Assembly: GCA_964291675.2 (NCBI GenBank)
Contig: OZ219866.1
Span: forward strand, 3,552,001 to 3,616,000
Reading direction: 5' to 3'
DNA length: 64,000 nt
DNA from: Alphaproteobacteria bacterium
GTDB lineage: Bacteria > Pseudomonadota > Alphaproteobacteria > MPNO01
The position numbers were made by a program, and so were the translations under genes. Below the pieces are notes generated by a model, which saw only the letters and a list, made by a program, of their open reading frames with translations, was not told the DNA's origin and did no database searches. This document shows, piece by piece, positions 29,774 to 39,647 of the stretch (the first letter of the stretch is position 1; every line of letters starts with the position of its first letter).

Positions 29774-31429
29774 ATGGCGACCAGACCGGACCTCGATCCG
29801 CATCCCGGGCGGCGGGCGCGCGGCTACGCCGATTTCCAGGAGCATCTGGCGGCGCTGGAGGCGGCCGGGCTGCTGTATCGGATCGACCGCGCGGTCGACA
29901 AGGATTCGCTGCTCCACCCGCTGGTGCGCTGGCAGTTCCGCGGCGGGCTGGCGGAGGCCGACCGCAAGGCGTTCCTGTTCACCGACGTGGTCGATGCCAA
30001 CGGGCGCGGCTACGACTTCCCGGTCGCGGTCGGCGCGCTGGCCGCCAACGCGGCGATCTATGCGATCGGCATGGGCGTGCCGGTCGAGGAGATCGGCGAG
30101 ACCTGGCGGCGGGCGATGCGCGCGCCGATCCCGCCCGAGCTCGTGTCCGACGCGCCCTGCCACGAGGCGGTGCTGACCGGCGCCGCGCTCAAGGGCGCGG
30201 GCGGCGGGCTCGACGGGCTCCCGGTGCCGATCTCGACCCCGGGCTACGACGCAGCGCCCTACCTCACCGCGACCTGCTGCATCACCGCCGATCCCGAGAC
30301 CGGGGTGCAGAACATGGGCACCTACCGGGCGCAGCTCAAGGCGCCCGACCGGATGGGGCTCAAGATGTTCGTCGATCTCGGCCAGGGCGGCTACGACCAC
30401 TGGCTCAAATGCCGCGACCGGGGCCGCGAGCTGGAGATGGCGATCGTGGTCGGCTGCCCGCCGCCCGTCGCCTATTGCGCGCCGCAGAAGATCGCCTTCG
30501 GCACCGACGAGCTCGCCGTGGCGGGCGGCATCGTCGGCCGCCCGATCAACGCGGTGCGCGCGAAGACGGTCGACCTCCTGGTCCCCGCCGAGTCCGAGTT
30601 CGTGATCGAGGGGAGGATCGACACCGAGTTCCTGGAGCCCGAGGGGCCGTTCGGCGAGAGCCACGGCCACATCAACCTGGAAGAGTACAATTTCGTCTTC
30701 GAGGTGACGGCGATCGCCCACCGGCGGGACGCGGTCTTCGCCTCGATCGTCAGCCAGGTCACGCCGTCCGAATCGAGCGTCGTCAAGCGGGTCGCCTACG
30801 AGCCGCTGTTCCTCGACCATTTGCGCGAGCATCTCGGCATCAGGGGGGTGCGGCGGGTCTCGATGCACGAGCCGCTGACCAACCTGCGCCGGGTGATCGC
30901 GGTCCAGCTCGCCGAGGACACGCCGCGCACCGAAGTCTGGCGCGCGCTCTACGGCACGACGTCGTTCCAGCAGCCCTGCGGCAAGTACGTGATCGCGGTG
31001 AGCCCGGACATCGACCCGGAGAACGCGGATGCGGTGTTCTGGGCGATGGCCTACCGCGCCGACCCGCAGCGCGACACGGCGATCCTGCCGCATCGCGACC
31101 GCGGCCACGGGCCGAAGGGGACGGACGAGGAGTCCTCGCTGCTGGTCGACGCGACGCTCAAGGGGCCTCTGCCGCCGGTCGCGCTGCCCAAGCGCGAGTA
31201 CATGGAGCGCGCGCGCGTGCTGTGGGACGAGCTCGGCCTGCCGGCGCTCCGCCCCGAGCCGCCCTGGCACGGCTATTCGCTCGGCGACTGGTCGGAGAAG
31301 TGGGACGCGGACGCGCGCCGCGCCGCCGCCGGGGGTTGGCGCGACAACGGCGAGCGGTCCCGCCAGCGGCGCCGCAGCGGGGTGCGGCCGAACGATCTGC
31401 TGCGCGCAAGCGAGGAAGGCGCGGAATGA
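29774..31429 (+). CDS. UbiD-family prFMN-dependent (de)carboxylase
   Basis: DPETGVQNMGTYR; VPAESEFVIEG; EGPFGE. Confidence 0.9.
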   Translation: MATRPDLDPHPGRRARGYADFQEHLAALEAAGLLYRIDRAVDKDSLLHPLVRWQFRGGLAEADRKAFLFTDVVDANGRGYDFPVAVGALAANAAIYAIGMGVPVEEIGETWRRAMRAPIPPELVSDAPCHEAVLTGAALKGAGGGLDGLPVPISTPGYDAAPYLTATCCITADPETGVQNMGTYRAQLKAPDRMGLKMFVDLGQGGYDHWLKCRDRGRELEMAIVVGCPPPVAYCAPQKIAFGTDELAVAGGIVGRPINAVRAKTVDLLVPAESEFVIEGRIDTEFLEPEGPFGESHGHINLEEYNFVFEVTAIAHRRDAVFASIVSQVTPSESSVVKRVAYEPLFLDHLREHLGIRGVRRVSMHEPLTNLRRVIAVQLAEDTPRTEVWRALYGTTSFQQPCGKYVIAVSPDIDPENADAVFWAMAYRADPQRDTAILPHRDRGHGPKGTDEESSLLVDATLKGPLPPVALPKREYMERARVLWDELGLPALRPEPPWHGYSLGDWSEKWDADARRAAAGGWRDNGERSRQRRRSGVRPNDLLRASEEGAE

Positions 31430-32481
31430 CACACCGGATCGCGGTCGTCGCGGGCGACGGGATCGGCACCGAGGTGATGCCCGAGGGCATCGCCGTGCTG
31501 GAGGCGGCGGCGCGGCGCTTCGACATCGCGCTCGCCTTCACCGGGTTCGACTGGAGCTGCGCGGACTACGCGCGCACCGGCCGGATCATGCCCGAGGACG
31601 GGCTCGACCTTCTGGCCGGGTTCGACGCGATCTATCTCGGCGCGGTCGGCATGCCGGGCGTGCCCGACCACGTCTCGCTGTGGGACATGCTGATCCCGAT
31701 CCGGCGCCGCTTCCACCAATACGTCAATTTGCGCCCCGCGAAGCTGTTCGAGGGCGTGCGCTCGCCGCTCGCCGGGCGCGGGCCGGACGACATCGACATG
31801 ATGATCGTGCGCGAGAACGTGGAAGGCGAGTACTCGCAGATCGGCGGGCGGATCTACCCCGGGACCGAGGACGAGGCGGCGATCCAGCAGGCGGTGTTCA
31901 CAAGGCGCGGCTGCGACCGGATCATGCGGTTTGCCTTCGAGCTCGCCCGCACCCGCCCGGCGCGCAAGGTGACCTCGGCCACCAAGTCGAACGGCATCGT
32001 CCACTCGATGCCCTTCTGGGACGAGCGCTTCGCCGCGATTGCCGCCGAGTATCCCGGGATCGAGACCGACCGGTACCATATCGACATCCTCGCGGCGCAT
32101 TTCGTCGCCAACCCCGACTGGTTCGACGTCGTCGTGGGCTCCAATCTGTTCGGCGACATCCTGTCCGACCTCGGCCCCGCCGTCGCCGGCTCCATCGGGC
32201 TCGCCGCGTCCGGCAACATCAACCCGGAGAAGGACCACCCCTCGATGTTCGAGCCGGTGCACGGCTCGGCGCCCGACATCGCCGGGCGCGGCATCGCCAA
32301 CCCGATCGCCCAGATCCGGTCGGGCGCGATGATGCTGGAGCATTTCGGCCACGCCGACGCGGCCGGGGCCATCGTCGATGCCATCGCCGGGCTGCTGGCG
32401 GAGGGCGGCCCCAGGACCGCCGATCTCGGCGGCAACGCCACGACCCGGGAGGTCGGCGCGGCGCTGGCATCCGCGCTGTGA
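31426..32481 (+). CDS. Tartrate dehydrogenase / D-malate dehydrogenase (decarboxylating)
   Basis: AGDGIG; VPDHVSLW; TKSNG; SNLFGDILSD; EPVHGSAPDIAG; ATGA overlap. Confidence 0.92.
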   Translation: MTHRIAVVAGDGIGTEVMPEGIAVLEAAARRFDIALAFTGFDWSCADYARTGRIMPEDGLDLLAGFDAIYLGAVGMPGVPDHVSLWDMLIPIRRRFHQYVNLRPAKLFEGVRSPLAGRGPDDIDMMIVRENVEGEYSQIGGRIYPGTEDEAAIQQAVFTRRGCDRIMRFAFELARTRPARKVTSATKSNGIVHSMPFWDERFAAIAAEYPGIETDRYHIDILAAHFVANPDWFDVVVGSNLFGDILSDLGPAVAGSIGLAASGNINPEKDHPSMFEPVHGSAPDIAGRGIANPIAQIRSGAMMLEHFGHADAAGAIVDAIAGLLAEGGPRTADLGGNATTREVGAALASAL

Positions 32482-33191
32482 TCGCGCTCTACGCCTGGCC
32501 CACGCCGAACGGCCAAAAGATCTCGATCATGCTGGAGGAGTGCGGGCTCGACTACGCGGCGGTCGCGGTCGACATCAACAAGGGCGAGCAGTTCGCGCCC
32601 GATTTCCTCGCGCTCTCGCCCAACAACCGGATCCCCGCCATCGTCGACGACGAGGGGCCGGGAGGCGCACGCATCGCCCTGTTCGAATCGGGCGCCATCC
32701 TGCAATACCTGGCCGAGAAGACGGGAAGGTTCATGCCCGCCTCCGACGAGGGCCGCTACCGCGTGGTCGAGTGGCTGATGTTCCAGATGGGCGGGCTCGG
32801 GCCGATGTGCGGGCAGGCGCATCATTTCCGCCAGCGCATGGGCGGCGAGGACGTGCCCTACGGGATCGAGCGCTACACCAGGGAGGTCGGCCGGCTCTAC
32901 GGCGTGATGGACCGCAGGCTCGCCGACAACCCCTATCTGGCGGGCGCCGAGTACTCCATCGCCGACATCGCCTGCTGGCCCTGGGTGCGGCCGCACCGGC
33001 GCCAGGGCCAGGACCTCGCGGACTTCCCGGCGCTCGGGCGCTGGTTCGAGGAGATCCGCGCCCGCCCGGCGGTCGGGCGCGGCATGATGCTGCTCGACGA
33101 ACACCGCGGCCGCCGCGAGCTCACCCCGGAGGCGCGCGACCTGCTGTTCGGCGCGGGCCAGGCCCGGCGGGCGGGCGGCGGCGAGGCGTAG
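32478..33191 (+). CDS. Glutathione S-transferase, YfcG/Nu-class-like
   Basis: PTPNGQK; SPNNRIPAI; FESGAIL; SIADIA; GTGA overlap. Confidence 0.9.
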   Translation: MIALYAWPTPNGQKISIMLEECGLDYAAVAVDINKGEQFAPDFLALSPNNRIPAIVDDEGPGGARIALFESGAILQYLAEKTGRFMPASDEGRYRVVEWLMFQMGGLGPMCGQAHHFRQRMGGEDVPYGIERYTREVGRLYGVMDRRLADNPYLAGAEYSIADIACWPWVRPHRRQGQDLADFPALGRWFEEIRARPAVGRGMMLLDEHRGRRELTPEARDLLFGAGQARRAGGGEA

Positions 33192-33205
33192 GGCGCCACC
33201 CGCAT

Positions 33206-33316
33206 CGTGATGCCCGGACTTGATCCGGGCAACCACTGGCGCCACCGCCCCTCCCTGCCGGCGTCCGTGCGGGCGGAGAGGCCGCATGGATGGCCGGATC
33301 AAGTCCGGCCATGACG
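33206..33316. repeat. CGTC-REP doublet between convergent genes
   Basis: GCCCGGACTTGATCCGGGC ... GGCCGGATCAAGTCCGGCCATGACG. Confidence 0.85.
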
Positions 33317-33349
33317 GGAGGAGGGGACGGGCATCCATGACGGGGCGCT

Positions 33350-34225
33350 TCAATCCCGCCGGGCGCGGCGTTCCTGCCAGACGGAGTGGAAGTTGCCGGC
33401 GAACATCAGCGCCGCGCCGAGGAAGACGAACAGGTTGAGCGGCTCCCGGTATACCGCCCAGGCGAGCATGGCGGCCAAGGGCAGGCGCAGGAAGTCGATC
33501 GGCATGACCACCGTCGCGTCGGCGAGCGAGAACGCCTTGGCCATCGAGTAATGCGCGGTCAGCCCGGTGCAGCCGATCAGCAGCAGCCACGGCGCGTCGC
33601 TCCACAGCGGATCGGTCCAGCTCCAGATGCTGGCGAGGAAGCCGATGGGGAGCTGCATGATCTGCATCCAGATCACGATGGTCAGCGTGTCCTCGGTGCG
33701 CGTAAGCGCCTTGGCGATCACGTTGGAGGTGGCGAAGCAGAGCGCCGAGCCGAGCACGACCAGGGCTGCGAGCTGCACCGCCTCGACGCCCGGCCTGAGG
33801 ATGATCAGCACGCCGACCAGGCCGCTGAGCACGGCGATCACCCGGTGGCGCGACAGCCGCTCGCCGAGGAACAGGGCGGCCAGCAGCGCGACCCATAGCG
33901 GCGTCGAGAACTCGAGCGCGGTGACCGCCGCCAGCGGCAGCGTCGCCACGCCGTAGGCCCAGGCCGACTGGGCGGCGAAGTTGACGCCGTTGCGCGCGAA
34001 GTGCATGCCGATCCGCGAGGTATGCAGCAGCCGCCTGCCGTGCAAGGCGATCAGCGGCGTCACGATGGCGAACGAGACACAGCTCCGCATGAACATGATC
34101 TGGAACACGCCGAGATTGGCCGACAGCTCCCGGACCGCGATCATCTGCAGCAGGAAGGAGGCGATCATCGCCAGCGTCCATGCGGTCGCGCGGATCAGCG
34201 TGTCGCCGGGAAGCAGCGGCTTCAT
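33350..34225 (-). CDS. DMT/EamA-family transporter
   Basis: About 10 hydrophobic segments; LFLGER; ILRPG; PIDFLRLP. Confidence 0.88.
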   Translation of the reverse strand: MKPLLPGDTLIRATAWTLAMIASFLLQMIAVRELSANLGVFQIMFMRSCVSFAIVTPLIALHGRRLLHTSRIGMHFARNGVNFAAQSAWAYGVATLPLAAVTALEFSTPLWVALLAALFLGERLSRHRVIAVLSGLVGVLIILRPGVEAVQLAALVVLGSALCFATSNVIAKALTRTEDTLTIVIWMQIMQLPIGFLASIWSWTDPLWSDAPWLLLIGCTGLTAHYSMAKAFSLADATVVMPIDFLRLPLAAMLAWAVYREPLNLFVFLGAALMFAGNFHSVWQERRARRD

Positions 34226-35139
34226 CGCGCGCCCGCGGCGCGTTCCCGCTCCTTGAGGCGCGCCTCGCGGCGCGCGACATAGGTGGTGGAGCCGAAGATC
34301 ACCGCCGCGCCCACCCAGGTCCAGCGGTCCGGCACCTCGGTGAAGATCAGCCATGCCGCGAAGGCGGTGAACGGCAGGCGCAGGAAGTCGAGCGGGGCGA
34401 CCACGCTGGCGTCGAGATTGGCGAGCGCGCGGGTGAAGCAATAGGGCGCCGCGGTGCCGATGAAGGCCAGCGCGAGCAGCATCGGTATGTCGGCAAGCGC
34501 CGGCCCCTGCCACAGGAAGATCGTCGGCACCAGCGCGATCGCCCCCATCAGCAGGTTGGAATAGAAAGCGATCGGCAGCGCCGCGTCGGTCCGGGTCAAG
34601 AGCTTGATCATCACCACGGCGCCGCCGTAGAAGGCGGCCGAGGCGAGCACCATCATCGCCTCCGAAGACACCGGCACCGCGCCCGGGCGGAGCACGATCA
34701 GCGCGCCGAAGAAGCCCACCGCCGTCGCCGACCAGCGCCGCCAGCCGACCCGCTCGCCGAGGAACAAGGCGGCGAAGATCACGGTATAGAGCGGCAGGGT
34801 GAAATGCAGCGCGGTGGCCTCGGCGAGCGGCATGGCGACGATCGCCTGGAACCACAGCGCCATGCCGGCGAAGTTGAGCGCCGCCCGCCCGACATGGGAC
34901 TTGAACACCCGGGTCCTGAGGCGCGCGATGCCGCGCCAGTAGAACCAGGCCAGCAGCACGGCGGTGGCGATAACCGAGCGGTGGAAGATGATCTCCACCG
35001 CGTGCATCTCGGCCGACAGGAAACGCACGAAGACCGGCGTGAGCGTGAACAGCGCCATCGACACCACGGCCCAGGCGATGCCTCTGAGCACGCGCGCCGG
35101 ATCGGCGACCGTGGCGGTCTGTCTCGGGGAGCTGTCCAC
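34222..35139 (-). CDS. DMT/EamA-family transporter
   Basis: FLGERVGWRRW; VLRPG; PLDFLRLP. Confidence 0.88.
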   Translation of the reverse strand: MDSSPRQTATVADPARVLRGIAWAVVSMALFTLTPVFVRFLSAEMHAVEIIFHRSVIATAVLLAWFYWRGIARLRTRVFKSHVGRAALNFAGMALWFQAIVAMPLAEATALHFTLPLYTVIFAALFLGERVGWRRWSATAVGFFGALIVLRPGAVPVSSEAMMVLASAAFYGGAVVMIKLLTRTDAALPIAFYSNLLMGAIALVPTIFLWQGPALADIPMLLALAFIGTAAPYCFTRALANLDASVVAPLDFLRLPFTAFAAWLIFTEVPDRWTWVGAAVIFGSTTYVARREARLKERERAAGAR

Positions 35140-35268
35140 GCGCCAATCTAGCGCAGGGCGGTCAATGCGTCAGTCAGCGGGCGCTACGCGACGTATCGAA
35201 GGACGCGCCATGACGGCTTGGGAAAACACCCGCCACTCGACCCGAATAGCCGACCGATGGACGCGCGG

Positions 35269-36186
35269 CTATTCCAGGATCGTCTCCAGCTTTCTCAAAT
35301 GCGCTTGCAGGCGCTCGCGAACCGCGCGCGCCGTCTCCGGCGTCCAGTCGCGGAAGCCGCCGCCGGCGGCCATGCCGAGCCGCCCGCCGCGCACCAGCGA
35401 CTCGAGATAGGGCGAGGGGCCGGGACGCGATTCCAGGTCGGACAGGACCGCCCGGTGGATATCGAGGGTCAGGTCGGTACCCACCAGGTCGGCATTCTCC
35501 AGCGGGCCGAGGACGGCAAGCCGCCGCCCGAAGCTCTCCTTGACCACGGTGTCCACCGTCTCGGCATCGCAGACGCCGTTCTCCACCAGGCCGATCGCCT
35601 CGCGCCACAGCGCGTGTTGCAGGCGGTTGCCGATGAAGCCGGGAACGTCCTTCTCGACCCGCACGGGACGCTTGCCGATCCGCTCAAGCACCGCGATCGT
35701 CGCGTCGAGGGCCGCCTCCGACGTCCATTGCGTGCGGATGACCTCGACCAGCGGAACGATGTGCGGCGGGTTCCACCAATGGGTGCCGAGGATTCGCTCG
35801 CGCGCCGTCAGCCCGGCGGCTATGTCCGTAATCGGCAGCACCGACGTGTTGGAGGCAAGGATGCAGCTCTCCGGCGCGGCGGCTTCCAGGTCGCGGAACA
35901 CCGACCGCTTGAGGTCGAGCTTCTCCGGCGCGGCTTCGATGACCAGATCGGCGTCCGCCACCGCATCGGCCAAAGCGGGACAGGTCGCGATGCGGCCGAG
36001 GGCGGCATCGATACCGGCGCGCCCGTCGCCCATCGCCGCCATGCTCGCCGCCACCCGATCGTTCAACCCCGCGAGAGCCTGCGCCGCCGGGTCGTGCACC
36101 CGGACCGCCAGCCCGGCGCGCGCGAAGGCAAGCGCGATGCCGTGCCCCATGAGCCCGGCGCCGACGATGCCCAAGGTTGCGACCAT
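35269..36186 (-). CDS. 3-hydroxyacyl-CoA dehydrogenase family protein
   Basis: GAGLMGHG; EAAPE; SNTS; HWWNPP; GFIGNR. Confidence 0.9.
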   Translation of the reverse strand: MVATLGIVGAGLMGHGIALAFARAGLAVRVHDPAAQALAGLNDRVAASMAAMGDGRAGIDAALGRIATCPALADAVADADLVIEAAPEKLDLKRSVFRDLEAAAPESCILASNTSVLPITDIAAGLTARERILGTHWWNPPHIVPLVEVIRTQWTSEAALDATIAVLERIGKRPVRVEKDVPGFIGNRLQHALWREAIGLVENGVCDAETVDTVVKESFGRRLAVLGPLENADLVGTDLTLDIHRAVLSDLESRPGPSPYLESLVRGGRLGMAAGGGFRDWTPETARAVRERLQAHLRKLETILE

Positions 36187-36190
36187 CGAC

Positions 36191-36976
36191 CTACCCCGCG
36201 GTATAGCCGCCGTCGGCGTAGAGGATGTGCCCGGTGTAGAAGTCCGAGGCCTTCGATGCGAGGAAGAGCAGCGGGCCGGCCAGATCCTCGGGCTCTCCCA
36301 GGCGTCCCTTGGGGAGCCGGGCGAGAAACCCCTCGCGCACCCGCTTCGCCTCCGGCGTGTCTTCGAACATCCACCCGGTGACGGGCGAGCGGAAGACGGT
36401 GGGCGCGATCGCGTTGACGGTAATCCCCGTCGGGCCCAGCTCGCAGCCCAGCGCCCTGACGATCCCGTCTACCGCCGACTTGGAGGCGCAATAGGCGGTG
36501 TATCCGGCGGGGTGGCCGAGCAGGCCGCGGGCCGACGAGACCAGGACGATCTTGCCGCCGCCGCCCTGCGCCTTCATCCGGCGGGTCGCGGCGCGGGCCA
36601 GCAGCCAGGACTGGGTCACGTTGGCGTCCATGACCTCGGCGAAGGTGCCGGGCGCCATCTCGTCGATCTTCGCCACCCGGTTGGTGCCGGACGCGACGAC
36701 CAGGATGTCGAGCCCGCCATGGGCCTCGACCGCCCGGTCCACGATGGCATCGACCGCGGCCTCCGAGTCCGGGCGCGCATTCGCCGTGGCGACCGCGGCC
36801 CCCAGCTCCCGGCACGTGTCCGCGACCGCCTCCAGCGCCTGCGCATTGCCGCCGGCCAGCGTCAGCCGGCATCCGGCTTCCGCGAGGGTGCGCGCGGCGA
36901 CCGCCCCGAACGCGCCCGACGCGCCGGCGATCAGCGCCGACCGGCCGGCGACGTCGAAGATCTCCGACGGTGTCAT
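36191..36976 (-). CDS. SDR oxidoreductase
   Basis: AGASGAFG; VSS; YCASK; YADGG. Confidence 0.88.
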   Translation of the reverse strand: MTPSEIFDVAGRSALIAGASGAFGAVAARTLAEAGCRLTLAGGNAQALEAVADTCRELGAAVATANARPDSEAAVDAIVDRAVEAHGGLDILVVASGTNRVAKIDEMAPGTFAEVMDANVTQSWLLARAATRRMKAQGGGGKIVLVSSARGLLGHPAGYTAYCASKSAVDGIVRALGCELGPTGITVNAIAPTVFRSPVTGWMFEDTPEAKRVREGFLARLPKGRLGEPEDLAGPLLFLASKASDFYTGHILYADGGYTAG

Positions 36977-37818
36977 GCAGCCTCCCCGGTCTCGATGCGG
37001 TAGCCGCCGGAACGGTCGACCATCGCCACCAGACGGACGATGCAGCCGTCGCCCTTCTTCCAGCGCCACGGGAAGGCGGCGAAGGTGACGCGCATGCCGG
37101 TGACCTTGTCGATGTCGCCGCCGACATTCTCGATGCCGCAGATGCCCTCGGACAGGATCGCGCGGTGGCACGGCTCCCATTCCGGGAAGTCGTCGAGCAC
37201 CCTGCGGCCGGTCTCCTCCTCGTATTGCCGCACGACATGCGGCATCAGGCCGTTCGGCCAGCCCGGGCCGTGCGGCGCGATCGCCGTCCCCAGCGGATGG
37301 TCGAGGGCCTGGGTGTCGGTGCCCACCATCTTGACCTTCCTGCGCGCGAACCACTCGCCGGCCTCCCTGTAGAAGCCGGGGGAGTAGGCGTAGTAGGTCT
37401 GGTTGTCGCCGTAATGCCGGTGCCAGCCGGTGTTGACGATGACGATATCGCCCTCCCGGATCGCCGGCCTCGCGTTCTCCAGATCGTCCGCCCCGATCAC
37501 CTCCCAGCGATCCTTCGGGATCGACACCACCACGCCCGTGCCGAAGAAATGCGGCAGGGGAACCTCGTCCATGAACGCCGTGCCTTCGACGACATGGCCG
37601 GGCGCGTCGATATGGGTTCCCGAATGCATGACGGTGGTGATGCGCTGGGTCAGCACGCCCGACTTGGCCATCGAGTGCAGGCGCTCGATCTTCACGTCCT
37701 CGAAATAGGGCCAGCAGGGTTGACCGAGCCCCCAGCGATGGCTCAGATCGTAGAACTCCAGCCCCATGTCGTTGTCCAGATTCTCCTGGTACTCGGCGCC
37801 CCGTACGGTGATCGTCAT
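36973..37818 (-). CDS. Cyclase-family (KynB-like) metal hydrolase
   Basis: HSGTHIDAPGH; VGTD; GIENV. Confidence 0.88.
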   Translation of the reverse strand: MTITVRGAEYQENLDNDMGLEFYDLSHRWGLGQPCWPYFEDVKIERLHSMAKSGVLTQRITTVMHSGTHIDAPGHVVEGTAFMDEVPLPHFFGTGVVVSIPKDRWEVIGADDLENARPAIREGDIVIVNTGWHRHYGDNQTYYAYSPGFYREAGEWFARRKVKMVGTDTQALDHPLGTAIAPHGPGWPNGLMPHVVRQYEEETGRRVLDDFPEWEPCHRAILSEGICGIENVGGDIDKVTGMRVTFAAFPWRWKKGDGCIVRLVAMVDRSGGYRIETGEAA

Positions 37819-38042
37819 GCGGTGACCTCCTTGTCTGCCCCGATCATTGTAATGCGCTCCGCCCGGTCATCGGCGCGCCGCCGCGCGATACCGAAGAAGT
37901 CGTCGATCCGGCGGTGGATCGGGACGGTTTCGCGGGAAAAGGAAGCCTCGCGCAAGAGGCCCGTCGCGCTCGGGACGGAGATCGCCCGCGTGGCGCCGGA
38001 AGCGGAGTTCCGGGGCGGATAGTCGGTTCGCCCGCCGTCGCG

Positions 38043-38507
38043 CTACCCGTCCGCCTCGGCCTGGACGATCAGGGTCGTGCCGTCGACGTCGACGACGGCG
38101 ATCCGCGTTCCCTCGGCGAGATCCCGGCCCTCGGGGCGCACCGTGAAGCGCCAGACGGTGTCGCCGATGCGCACCCTCCCGCGGCCGCCCGCGGTCGCCG
38201 AATCCAGCACGTGCTGCGTGCCGACGAGATTCCGGCCCCGCTTGTTGAGCGTCGGGTGGTCGGTGGGGGCCCGGCGGGCGACGTAGATACGCCGGCCGAT
38301 GAAGATCGCCGCCACCGACAGCACGGCGAAGATCATCGCCTGGACTTCCCAGATCATCGAGGGAATCGCCGCCAGCAGGAGGCCGGTGACCACCGCGGCG
38401 ATGCCGAGCCAGAGGAAGATGGCGCCGGGCACCAGGACCTCGATCAGCATCACGAAGACGCCGAAGGCGAGCCAGTGCCAGAACGAGACGGCCTCGGGAA
38501 ACTCCAT
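38043..38507 (-). CDS. NfeD-like membrane protein (YbbJ-type)
   Basis: WHWL..G; LNKRG..LVG; GRVRIGDTVW; adjacent to an SPFH gene. Confidence 0.9.
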   Translation of the reverse strand: MEFPEAVSFWHWLAFGVFVMLIEVLVPGAIFLWLGIAAVVTGLLLAAIPSMIWEVQAMIFAVLSVAAIFIGRRIYVARRAPTDHPTLNKRGRNLVGTQHVLDSATAGGRGRVRIGDTVWRFTVRPEGRDLAEGTRIAVVDVDGTTLIVQAEADG

Positions 38508-38534
38508 CGTCGCTCGCGCGTGCCCTCCCGCCGG

Positions 38535-39503
38535 TCAGTCGCCGCCCGAGCGGGGGACCGAGCCGCGCCGCTCCGCCGCTCCTTCGTCGTCGCCAAAAGC
38601 CTGTCTGGCGATCTCGGTGAGCCCGGCGACGGCGCCGATCACGCCCGAGGCCTCCAGCGGCATCAGCACGAGCTTCTGGTTGCGCGCCTTGCCGATGGTC
38701 TCCAGCGCGGTGACGTATTTCTGGGCGACGAAGTAGTTGACCGCCTGGATGTTGCCCTCGCCGATCGCCCTGGAGACCATCTCGGTCGCCCGGGCCTCGG
38801 CCTCCGCCTCGCGCTCGCGCGCCTCGGCGTCGCGGAACGCCGCTTCGCGGCGGCCCTCGGCGTCGAGGATCTGCGCCTGTTTCTCGCCCTCGGCCTTGAG
38901 AATCTCGGATTGCCGGACGCCTTCGGCCTCGAGAATGGCGGCGCGCTTGTCGCGTTCGGCCTTCATCTGGCGCGCCATCGCGTCGACCAGCTCTTCGGGC
39001 GGCGAGATGTCCTTGATCTCGATCCGGGTGATCTTCACCCCCCAGGGCGAGGTCGCCTCGTCGACCACGCGCAGCAGGTCGGCGTTGATCTTGTCCCTTT
39101 GCGACAGGAGCTCGTCGAGGTCCATCGACCCCATGACGGTCCGGATATTGGTCATCGTCAGGTTGAGGATCGAGACTTCGAGCCGCCGCACCTCGTAGGA
39201 CGCCTTGACCGGGTCCAGCACCTGGAAGAACACCACCCCGTCGACCCGCACCATGGCGTTGTCCTTGGTGATGATCTCCTGCGACGGCACGTCGGTGACC
39301 TGCTCCATCACGTTCTGGCGCTGGCCGATGCGGTCGACCAGCGGCACGATCAAATGCAGCCCCGGGGTCAGCGTCCGGGTGTAGCGGCCGAACCGCTCCA
39401 CCGTGAACTCGAACCCCTGCGGCACGGTCTTCACCCCCATGAAGACCAGCGCGATCGCCAGCACGATGACGACGATCACGAAGACGGAGAACGCTTCATC
39501 CAT
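38535..39503 (-). CDS. qmcA: SPFH/stomatin-like protein (QmcA-type)
   Basis: VERFGRY; ITKDNA; WGVKITRIEIKD; QMKAERDKRA. Confidence 0.9.
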   Translation of the reverse strand: MDEAFSVFVIVVIVLAIALVFMGVKTVPQGFEFTVERFGRYTRTLTPGLHLIVPLVDRIGQRQNVMEQVTDVPSQEIITKDNAMVRVDGVVFFQVLDPVKASYEVRRLEVSILNLTMTNIRTVMGSMDLDELLSQRDKINADLLRVVDEATSPWGVKITRIEIKDISPPEELVDAMARQMKAERDKRAAILEAEGVRQSEILKAEGEKQAQILDAEGRREAAFRDAEAREREAEAEARATEMVSRAIGEGNIQAVNYFVAQKYVTALETIGKARNQKLVLMPLEASGVIGAVAGLTEIARQAFGDDEGAAERRGSVPRSGGD

Positions 39504-39647
39504 GTCGAAATGCCCCGGTCGATCCACTCGTTCCGGTCGCCGCGGCGCGCGCCCGGGACCGGCTAAATTATTGGGGGGTTCGGGCGCGGAAGCAAGGTTC
39601 TCTATCCCCAATCGTTCAAATCATATGTTCTTCCCGCATGGCGCGAA

